64,000 bases of DNA from Hyalangium minutum (GTDB lineage: Bacteria > Myxococcota > Myxococcia > Myxococcales > Myxococcaceae), in NCBI RefSeq assembly GCF_000737315.1, contig NZ_JMCB01000024.1, positions 1 through 64,000 on the forward strand. Reading direction: 5' to 3'. Under the pieces are notes generated by a model that saw only the letters and a program-made list of their open reading frames with translations, did not search any database and had not been told where the DNA came from. Positions 40,901-48,700 of this stretch are shown here, in pieces (within the stretch, counting starts at the first letter, position 1; the number at the start of each line of letters is the position of its first letter). A program made the position numbers and the translations under genes.

Positions 40901-41643
40901 AGGGCCTGGCGCACAAGGAGCAAGCTCGGGCCGCATGGGAGCGCGGCGAGGACCCGCTGCCACTGATGGATCAGGCACAACAGGCCTTTGACCAGGCACG
41001 GACCCTCGCCCCTCAGCGGAACTGGGCCTACAACAACCTGGCGGACCTGTCCGCCACCCGGGCCATGTATCTGAGTTCCCGAGGCCAGGATGCCCGGCCC
41101 AGTGCCCGCGCAGCGCTGCAGCTCGCACGCGAGGCCCAGCAGCGCGCGCCCACGCACTACGCGCCGCTGATCGACATGGGGCATGCCTCCCAGCTGCTGG
41201 CAGCCTTCGCCTTGGAGGACGGCGCGGATCCGCGCCCGTATCTCATTGACGCCCTGGAGACCCTCCAACAGGCGCTTGAGCGCTCCCCTGACAATACGGA
41301 GACGTGGCTCTATCTGGCGGAAGCCCGAGCGGTGCAGGCGCAATGGAGCGCACGGCAAGGGCGAGGGGCTGACAAGGATTTCGAGAAGGCCCACAAGGCC
41401 TATCAGCAAGCCATCCTCTCGACGGAACGGCCCCTGGACTACCGCCTGGCCTTTGGCCGCTTCTGCCACACGTGGGCCACCTGGAGAAAACAAGCCGGGC
41501 TTGATGCCTCGGTTCCCCTCGAGCAGGGGCTGTCGCTGGTGAGCGAGGTGTTGAAGGCTCGGCCCGATTGGGCCGAGGCGCTCGCGCTGCGCGCCAGCCT
41601 CGAGGGGCTGCGTCCCCAGTCACAACCGGACGCAGCACCCTAG
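37951..41643 (+). CDS. Membrane Ser/Thr protein kinase with C-terminal TPR region
   Basis: LGQGGMGRVY, VALKF, HRDIKPTN, DFGLAR, GTPHYMAPEQ; TM WALVSVASVALVLVLLALG; long TPR-like helical C-terminus. Start may be 37957. Confidence 0.93.
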   Translation: MPMREKYEQELRVAQMRGVLSQEEAEALITEGLLQGCHPLELLVARGILSEETLDEIRAAAYGTGAPLHAGLKQGETLSFRRPPAEPPARVEEPLTPGSPTRTIQPGTPPAVPPAKPPVPADAPVTPGSPTLTVHPTPSQTTPYPQEPAFPVPGWERYQPVRFLGQGGMGRVYLAYDPVLRRNVALKFVRGDDPELQHRFISEAQAQARVEHERVCKVYEVGEVQGQPFIAMQYVEGCSLLDLIRELSLEQKVMVMQQVTEGVHAAHRAGLIHRDIKPTNILVERGEDGRWKPYVMDFGLARDWQREATVTGTVLGTPHYMAPEQARGEVSQLDRRADVYSLGATLYVMLTGKTPIPGTNALEVLTNLATQEARPLREHNKNVPVDLEAIVLKCLEREPSARYDSARALAEDLGRFLNGEPVQARAVGTWYRLRKKARKHWALVSVASVALVLVLLALGKAELTRRDSAERERLSSHFTKVAGDVEARARFIALSRLHDTRAERQELRTRLGEIERAMGESGEVAQGPGHYALGQGWLDLGDPAKAREHLEAAKAAGYEDPQANVALALAMSQLYNEQLLSLGQLASELRKARREELAVQYREPALNLLRESKNAQVNSSEYMKALLAFYEEHYDEALGQLNSLGERMPWFYEAPKLRGDILHVRALMRWSDGQQTEKEKEQVQADLEEARRSYLRAADTAQSAPEVHCGLARVEWAAVSMALYSNGEVAPHIERALQHLSRALQAAPDHAASWVLQATLYRNLAQSSHLQGQAAEKPLRQAIDSAQKALDLNPSNMEARKELGMDWLELATLHQKINQDPREPLQHALKVFKEFETTQSDYYVYHGLGLIFTKQADYAESLGADSLLHRNEAIKAFQKSVELKDNYEAGWVNLATQYYKRATLPKAPSPKEDLEQAWQALQKSRELDRQNFLVRFQAGRVQLAQAQRLRDSGEDERPALTAALDACREGLAINPRMVELHNLKGLAHKEQARAAWERGEDPLPLMDQAQQAFDQARTLAPQRNWAYNNLADLSATRAMYLSSRGQDARPSARAALQLAREAQQRAPTHYAPLIDMGHASQLLAAFALEDGADPRPYLIDALETLQQALERSPDNTETWLYLAEARAVQAQWSARQGRGADKDFEKAHKAYQQAILSTERPLDYRLAFGRFCHTWATWRKQAGLDASVPLEQGLSLVSEVLKARPDWAEALALRASLEGLRPQSQPDAAP

Positions 41644-41693
41644 CTCGCGCAAGCCCAGCTGGCCGAGGGCCTTACGCGGGACTCGCAGCACGC

Positions 41694-41900
41694 TCAGATA
41701 TCGTTTTCGATACCAGGCCGCTGGGGATCGGAGGTCTGCGAGGCCTCGCCCGTACCGCCGGTGTCGTCATCATCGAAGGGGATGGGCCACTTGCCACCGT
41801 CGCTGTGCTGGGTGCGGCTCTGAGCGTGGGTGGCGGTCTCCTGCTCGCGGTTCGCCGGCTTGTTCGCTGCGGACTTGCGCGTGGACTCTTCGCTGCTCAT
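41694..41900 (-). CDS. 68-aa acidic, low-complexity peptide of unknown function
   Basis: ATG 41900 with GAGG RBS; a consensus sigma54 promoter lies ~75 bp upstream. No homology evidence available. Confidence 0.55.
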   Translation of the reverse strand: MSSEESTRKSAANKPANREQETATHAQSRTQHSDGGKWPIPFDDDDTGGTGEASQTSDPQRPGIENDI

Positions 41901-41972
41901 GGTGTGCCTCGACTGTGAGGGGGGGGAACTGCACAGGCCCCGCTGCTGCGCGGAAGCCTTGCCTTGTCCTTG

Positions 41973-41988
41973 AGCAACCCGCGTGCCA
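41973..41988 (-). promoter_or_regulatory. Sigma54 (-24/-12) promoter of the small peptide gene
   Basis: Minus strand TGGCACGCGGGTTGCT matches the consensus TGGCACG-N4-TTGCW. Confidence 0.82.
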
Positions 41989-42037
41989 CCCACCGTCTCC
42001 GGTAGGGGCCGCTCGACCCGTCCTCAGCCGTCACGAA

Positions 42038-42082
42038 TTGACGCGTCAGCCGCGCGCGCTTGCGCGTCAATTGACGTCAGGC
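42038..42082. promoter_or_regulatory. Second set of enhancer boxes (putative UAS)
   Basis: TTGACGCGTCAGC (42038, identical to 34776-34788), TTGCGCGTCAA (42060, reverse complement of 34798-34808) and TTGACGTCAG (42071); 50 bp from the -24 element at 41988. Confidence 0.72.
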
Positions 42083-42086
42083 TTCG

Positions 42087-43664
42087 TCAATTCGAGACCA
42101 GCCCCAGTTCCCGCACACGGCGCTGGAGCGCTCGCAAGGAGACCTCGAGCCGCTGCGACATGAGCTCCAGGTCGCCGTTGCACTCACTGTAGCTCTGACG
42201 AATCTGCTCGACGCTCAGGTCCTTGGCGGTGCGCACCCGGGAGCTCTTCTTCATCAAGTTGTAGAGCGAGGCGCGGGTGATGCCGAGCTGGTTCGAGGCA
42301 GCCGCCAGGTCATAACCGTGCGCACGCAGTGCCCCCATCATCTCCTCCTCGGAGACCTCGGAGGGCTTGCGGCGCGTCTCGGGCAGTGCTTTCGAAGAGG
42401 AAGGCGACGGAGGCGTGGGGGACACCGCAGCCAAGGAAGACAGCTCCTCCTCCAGCCGAGGATCCACATGCAAGCTCGGCAGGCCGCGGCTGCCGATGAC
42501 GAGCTGACGCGTCACGTTGCGCAGCTGGCGGACATTGCCAGGCCACGGGTAGCGCACCAGCCGCGAGGCCAGCGCCGCTGGCAGCCATGGCTCGGCCGAG
42601 GGCTCCGAGGACTCCAGCCGCCAGACCTCTCCGAGGCTCTCCAACTCCTGGCGAGCAAAGTGCAAGAGCAGCAGGCCCAAGTCCTCACGGCGCTCGCGCA
42701 GAGGAGGAACCCGGATCTCGAACCCCGCCAGCCGATGAAGAAGCGGAGCCTTGAACTGCCCCTGCTGGATCTGCTCCTCCAGGTGAGCGTCTGTCGCGGC
42801 CACCAGACGCACCTGCGTCTTCACGGGCGTGCGGGCCCCCACGGGAAACATCTCCCCAGTCTCCAGCACGCGCAGGAGCAGGGCCTGCACCTCCGGAGAG
42901 GCCTCGGCCACCTCGTCCAGAAAGAGGGTGCCGCCCTGGGCCGCGCGGAAGAAGCCCTCGCGGGAGTGCGTGGCGCCCGTGTAGGCCCCACGCTCGGCGC
43001 CAAAGAGCTCGGAGGCGGCCAGCTCCTTGGGCAGGGCTCCCAGGTTCACGCTGATGAAGGGCCCCTTGTGCCGCAGGCCGTGCTGATGAAGCGCCCGGGC
43101 CACCAGCTCCTTGCCGGTGCCTGTCTCGCCCCGGATGAGCACAGGCACGTCCAGGTCCGCCACTTGCATCACCTGCCGGCGAACCCGCCTCACCGCCGCG
43201 CTCTGGCCCACCATGCCCAACTCCTCCCCCCCCTCCTTCTCCGCAGGCTCTACCCAGTGCAGCAGCAGCACCACGCGTTCGGCCAGCTCCAGCGTGACGC
43301 CAGTGACCAGCGCCTGGGTCTCCAGCTCACGCTCTCCCGTGAGCGGCTCACCCTCCACGATGACCTGGGGACTGCTTCCCGCGACGATGCGCACGCCCCC
43401 TTGCTCTCTCGGAAGGAGGCGCAGCGGCTTGCGGCTCAGGAAGGGGTCGGCCAGCGGCAGGCCGACAACGGAGCCCGGGCGCGCGAAGAGAGGCTCCGTG
43501 CGCGAGATGGCGGCCTCCCGGCCCGCCTCGAGCTCGCGCAGCAGCACCCGCTCACCGATGCGCTGGATCTTCGGGTGGGAGATGAGGGTCAACGCTGGAA
43601 CCAGTCCCGGCGCCCCGGGGCCACTGCGGCGCGGGTTCCGGGTGAGCGTGGAGATGTCTTCCAC
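42087..43664 (-). CDS. Sigma54-dependent enhancer-binding protein with FHA-like N-terminus and HTH
   Basis: GETGTGKELVA, SELFG..RGAYTGA, GGTLFLDEV, RLVAATD, WPGNVRQL; tandem C-terminal HTH-like segments; N-terminal ISR...LSR resembles a degenerate FHA; no receiver Asp pocket seen. Start set at GTG 43664 (RBS AAGGGGAGG). Confidence 0.92.
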   Translation of the reverse strand: MEDISTLTRNPRRSGPGAPGLVPALTLISHPKIQRIGERVLLRELEAGREAAISRTEPLFARPGSVVGLPLADPFLSRKPLRLLPREQGGVRIVAGSSPQVIVEGEPLTGERELETQALVTGVTLELAERVVLLLHWVEPAEKEGGEELGMVGQSAAVRRVRRQVMQVADLDVPVLIRGETGTGKELVARALHQHGLRHKGPFISVNLGALPKELAASELFGAERGAYTGATHSREGFFRAAQGGTLFLDEVAEASPEVQALLLRVLETGEMFPVGARTPVKTQVRLVAATDAHLEEQIQQGQFKAPLLHRLAGFEIRVPPLRERREDLGLLLLHFARQELESLGEVWRLESSEPSAEPWLPAALASRLVRYPWPGNVRQLRNVTRQLVIGSRGLPSLHVDPRLEEELSSLAAVSPTPPSPSSSKALPETRRKPSEVSEEEMMGALRAHGYDLAAASNQLGITRASLYNLMKKSSRVRTAKDLSVEQIRQSYSECNGDLELMSQRLEVSLRALQRRVRELGLVSN

Positions 43665-43812
43665 CAAGTGCCCTCCCCTTCGCATGCCTCCGTCGTCCGA
43701 GGCTCCTGCCCAGTACTTCAAGGGACTGAACCCTTCAAGCCCTTGCCGCTCCCCATCCTGGAACCACCTCGAGGACGTGCGCCGCTGGCGCACACGCGTC
43801 AGCGCCGTGTTC

Positions 43813-44715
43813 ATGCTGGCCTGGGCGTTGGCGTGCCTGATGGCGGGACCTGCTTGGGCGGAGGAGGCCACGAACATCGACGTGCCGGAGACGGAAAACC
43901 CATACATCCAGGCGGTAGCCACGCTCTACGGACAGTCCAAGTATGAGGAGGCGTTCTCCAAGCTGGAGAAGGCGCAGGACTGGAAGTCCAACGGGCCGCA
44001 GGAGCAACTGTGGCTCAAGCTGATGCAGGGCGTGCTGCAGGTGGAGCTCGCCCCGGAGGCGGCGCTGCAGACATTCAAGGAAGCGCTGGCGATGGATGAG
44101 CAGGCGCAGCTGCCGGTGAAGAAGGGCTCGCGGCGCTTGCGCAAGCTCTTCGAGCAGGCGCGCAACACGGCGGGGCTCCCGGCGGACCTGGCGCTGGAGG
44201 AGGAACCGGACGAGGCCGACGCGCCCGTGGTGACGGGCCCGCCCGAGCGGCGAATGGGCCTGAGCCTGAGCGTGCGCGGAGAGGTGGATGTGCCAGGACT
44301 GGGCGTCACCCGCTCTATCTCTTCCGTGGTGGGGCTTGGGTACACGAAGGAGCGGATGGGAGGATTGGTGGGAGTCCTGGTGCAGCCCACGCCAGGGCTT
44401 CGGGCCGAGTGGCAGTACCACCCCATCAACCTCGGCTGGGTGCGGCCCTATGCGGGGGTGGGGGCTACGGCGTTCTTCCTGGAGGAGAATGCGGAGGGAA
44501 CAAACACCGTCTTCGGTGGAGTCAGCGGTCGCGGGGTTCTCGGGGTGGATGTCCAGTGGAACTCTCGCATGTTTGTCTTTGCCGACGTGGCGTATGAGCG
44601 CTTCTTTACCGGGGGCGAGCGGTACCGCTCGGAGGCAGTGCTGTTCTCGATAGGCGTGGGCCTGTTCCCCCAGCATCCCAATCCGGTGGGGGCCGGGACG
44701 AACCTCCCCCGCTGA
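43813..44715 (+). CDS. Exported protein: TPR-like N-domain plus small C-terminal beta-barrel (paralog 1)
   Basis: Signal ending AWA-EE; NPYIQAVATLY...YEEA..KLEKA; C-terminal amphipathic strands (VRPYAGVG, GRGVLGVDVQW, VFADVAYE). The start may be slightly upstream. Confidence 0.72.
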   Translation: MLAWALACLMAGPAWAEEATNIDVPETENPYIQAVATLYGQSKYEEAFSKLEKAQDWKSNGPQEQLWLKLMQGVLQVELAPEAALQTFKEALAMDEQAQLPVKKGSRRLRKLFEQARNTAGLPADLALEEEPDEADAPVVTGPPERRMGLSLSVRGEVDVPGLGVTRSISSVVGLGYTKERMGGLVGVLVQPTPGLRAEWQYHPINLGWVRPYAGVGATAFFLEENAEGTNTVFGGVSGRGVLGVDVQWNSRMFVFADVAYERFFTGGERYRSEAVLFSIGVGLFPQHPNPVGAGTNLPR

Positions 44716-44866
44716 GAAGGGGAGCGCTCCCATGAGAGTCAGTCAGCGGTGAAGCGCTTCACCAGCGGCGTATGAGCCCCCTCACTGCGTGGAGGAGGCC
44801 ACAGGTCTACAGAGCCAGTCATGGAGCGCCAGCGCGTGCTCCGTTCCTCCATCCAGGACTGACTCC

Positions 44867-45784
44867 ATGACCTCTGCCTTGAAAATCGCCCTTCTCTGCC
44901 TGACCGCCGTCACCGCGTCCGCCGAAGAGCCCTCGAAGCTCGAGCGGCCGTTCACGCCCAACCCCTACATCCCCGCAGTGGCCACGCTCTATGAGCAAGC
45001 CCGGTACGAGGAGGCCCTCGCCAAGGTGGAGAAGGCTGTGGGCTGGAGATCCAACGAAGTGCAGGAGCTGGTCTGGCTCAAGTTGATGCGGGGCGTGCTG
45101 CTGGCGGAGCAGTCCCCGGAAGCGGCGCTGCAGTCCTTCCGCGAGGCCCTGGCGATGGATGTCTCCGTGCAGCTCCCCGTGAAAGGCCCGAGGCGCTTGC
45201 GCAGGCTCTTCGCGCAGGCCCGCGGCACCCTCGCGCTACCGGACGGTTCGCGGGAGGACGAGGAGGAACTGGAACTGGAAACACCCGCGGTGGCTCGCGA
45301 AGAAGCGGCGGACGGCTCCCCGAGGCAGCTGGGATGGAGCATGAACATTCGTGGAGAGGTGGATGTGCTGGGGCTCGGCGTCACCACGACCGTCACCCCG
45401 GTCGTGAGCATTGGGTACACCCAGGAGCGCGTGGGCGGTCTGCTCGGAGTCGTGGTGCAGTCCTCTCCGGGGCTCAGGGCCGAGGCGCGATTCCATCTCT
45501 CTACCCAGGGCGGTCTGCGCCCCTATGCGGGGCTGGGCACCACGGCCTTCTTCCATGAACTGAACGCACAGAGGACGCCCACCTTCTTCGGCGGAGTCAG
45601 CGGGAGAGGAGTGCTCGGCGTGGAGGTGCAGTGGACCTCGCGTCTGTATGGCTTTGCCGACGTTGCCTACGAGCGCTTCCTGCGGCGCAAGGAGCTGTAC
45701 CGCTCCGACTCGGTGCTGTTCTCGATAGGAGTGGGGTTGCGAGCGTGGGCTTCCCGGGCCTCCTCGAGCGTCTCGCCCAGGTAG
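44867..45784 (+). CDS. Exported TPR-like plus beta-barrel protein (paralog 2), C-terminus altered by overlap
   Basis: Colinear with paralog 1 from NPYI to FSIGVGL; the last 15 codons lie antisense to the neighbouring WD40 gene. Confidence 0.72.
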   Translation: MTSALKIALLCLTAVTASAEEPSKLERPFTPNPYIPAVATLYEQARYEEALAKVEKAVGWRSNEVQELVWLKLMRGVLLAEQSPEAALQSFREALAMDVSVQLPVKGPRRLRRLFAQARGTLALPDGSREDEEELELETPAVAREEAADGSPRQLGWSMNIRGEVDVLGLGVTTTVTPVVSIGYTQERVGGLLGVVVQSSPGLRAEARFHLSTQGGLRPYAGLGTTAFFHELNAQRTPTFFGGVSGRGVLGVEVQWTSRLYGFADVAYERFLRRKELYRSDSVLFSIGVGLRAWASRASSSVSPR

Positions 45785-48700
45785 CGCTGGCGCTGACGGA
45801 GCTCCAGGCTCGCGCTCGTCATCTGGTGCAGCCGCTCGCGCAGCATGTCCACGCCCAGCCTCCACACGCGCGCGGAGCCGTCGCTCGAAGCGATGGCCAG
45901 CATGTCCCCCTTCGCGCTGAAGACTGCTCCCATCACGCGGTCCCCATGGCCGGTCAGCACCAGGGGCTCACCGCTCCCATCCACCGGCCACACCCGCACC
46001 GCCCCATCTCCCGAGGCCGTCACCACCCGCGTGCCTCGGGAATCGAACCGGGCCGTATGTCCCCGGAGCACCACCGGCTCCCCCACTCCCTCCGCGGACC
46101 ACACCCGCGCCGTCTTGTCGTGCGAGGCCGTCAGCACCCGCGTCCCGTCCGGACTGAACTCCGCGCTCACCACCGCCTGCTCGTGCCCCTTGAGCACCAC
46201 CGGCTTGCCTTGGCCATCCGCGCGCCACACCCACGCCGTCCCGTCCTCTGACGCTGTCACCACCCGCTCGCTGTCCGAGCTGAACGCCGCCATCACCACC
46301 CGGCCTTGATGTCCCTGGAGCACCACGGGCGCACCGCTGCCGTCCGCACGCCACACGCGAGCCGTTCCGTCATCCGAGGCCGTCACCACCCGCGCCCCGT
46401 CCGGGCTGAAGGCCGCGCTCCGCAGGAACTCCGTGTGCCCGTGAAGCACCACGGGCTCTCCACTCCCGTCCGCCTGCCACACCCGTGCCGTCCCATCCCA
46501 CGAGGCCGTCACCACCCGCGCCCCGTCCGGGCTGAACACCGCCGTCACCACCCGGCCCGTGTGCCCATAGAGCACCACCGGCTCTCCGCTGCCGTCCGTG
46601 CGCCACACCCGCGCCGTCCCATCCACGGAGGCCGTCAGCACCCGCTCCCCCTCCGGGCTGAAGGACACCATCCTCAATTCCGCCCCATGCCCCTTGAGCA
46701 ACACCTTGGTCATGGAGCCATCCAGCCGCCACACCCGCGCCGTGCCATCCGCATGCGCCGTCGCCAGCAGCTCCCCGCTCGGGCTGAAGGCCAAGCCCTG
46801 CACCGCGCCCGCTCGGCGGCGCAGCGTGAGCGCCTGGGGCTGCGCGCGCCACCGCCACACCCGCGCCGTCCCATCCCGTGAGGCCGTCACCACCTGCTCC
46901 CCATCCGCGCTGAACCGCGCGGACAGCACCTCGTCCCCGTGCCCCAGCAAGTCCAGGGGCAGGCCTTCCCCGTCCGTGCGCCGCACCCGCGCCGTCCCAT
47001 CCCGCGAGGCCGTCACCACCCACATGCCGTCCGGGCTGAAGGCCACCGTGAGGATCTCCCCCGTGTGTCCCGCCAGCCGCATCCCTCCCTTCCCATCCGC
47101 CCGCCACAGGCGCACCGACCCATCCGCGTGCGCGCTCACCACCAGCCCTCCGTCCGGGCTGAAGGCCACCGCGTTCACGAAGCCGGAGTCGCTCTGCAGC
47201 AGAATCGGCTCGCCCTGCTCCTCCACGCGCCACACCCGCACCGCTCCGTCCACCGAGGCCGTGGCCACCCGCGTCCCATCCGGGCTGAAGACCGCGGCGC
47301 GCACATCTCCCGGGTGGCGCAGCACCGCCAGCTCGCCACGCCCATCCGCGTGCCACACCCGCGCCGTCCCATCCCGCGACGCCGTCACCAGCCGCGCGCC
47401 CGTGCCGTCAAAGGCCGCGGCCACTACGCCCTGCTCGTGGCCCCGGAGCACCACCGGCACGCCCATCCCATCCGTGCGCCACACCCGCGCTGTCCCATCC
47501 CGCGACGCTGTCACCACCCGCTCGCCATCCGGGCTGAACGCCACTGCCACCACCTCGCCCACGTGCCCCTCGAGCGGTGCCCCCGGGCCGCCCTCCAACC
47601 ACCACAGCCGGGCCGTGCGGTCCGCCGAGGCCGTCACCACCCGCTTCCCGAGCGGGCTGAAGGCCGCCACCAGCACCTCGCCGCTGTGCCCTTCGAGCAC
47701 CGTGGGCTCGCCCGTCCCATCCGCGCGCCACACCCGCGCTGTTCCATCCCGAGACGCCGTCACCACCCGCGTCCCATCCCGGTTGAACGCCGCGGCGCGC
47801 ACCGGCCCTCGGTGCCCTCGCAGCACCGCGGAGGCGAGTGGCTGCTGCAGCACCTCCAGCGCCGCTTGCGTCCACGCCAGGTGCTGCTCGGGCTCGCGCA
47901 CCTCCAACAGCACCAGCAGGGCCGCCGTGGGGTCCTCCCGCCGCAGCTTGTCCGCCACGATCAGCCGGGCGAAGTCCTGCAGCCGCTCCTGGTGCCGGCG
48001 CGCCTCCCGCGCGAGCCGCTCCTCCCGCTCCCGGCTCGCGTTGATGAACGGGAACACCCGCTCGTCCAGCTCGTCCGGATGGGCAAGCAGGAACTCCAGC
48101 GCCTCCTCCAGGCGCCGGCCTCGCAAGAGATAGTCCTCCGCGTGCTCCGCCCCCTGGTGGTCACCCCAGGCCTCCGCCGCCACGCGCAGCTCCAGCCGCC
48201 TGCGCCGGCGCTCCTGGCCCTCGCGGATCCACTCCGCCAGGGGCCCCCAATGGCGCAGCAACGCCTCGTGGGCCACTTCGATGAAGACCTCGCCCTCCTC
48301 CTCCGCGCCGCCGCCGAGCACCAGCACCCGGCCCTCCACCAGCCGCCCCAGCGCCGTGTCGAAGGCGCGGCGCGCCTGCTCCCCCATGGGCCGCACCCGC
48401 TCCCTCTCCACGCGCTGGCAGGTGAAGGGGGCTGACCCCTCCCGCACATCCACCAGTTCCACCAGCAGCCGACGCACCTGGTGGCGCTCCTCCTCGCCCA
48501 GCCCCAGGAACAGCCGGTCCAGTTCCTGGGCCAGCGCTCCGGCCACCCCGCCCAGCGCCCGGTACGCGCTGTGCTTGAGCCATCGCCCCTCGCGCATCCG
48601 CCACAGCCGCTCCAGCGTGTGCGCCAGCAGCGGAAGGCCGCCCGGCTGGCGCTCCACTTCCTGCAGGAGCCGCTCCGTCAGGCCCTCCTCCAGCGAGAGC

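Noticed and set aside
43794-43803. Partial box ACGCGTCAGC near the start of barrel paralog 1
   Set aside because: Half-site only, no paired box and no -24/-12 element found; it may lie in coding sequence.
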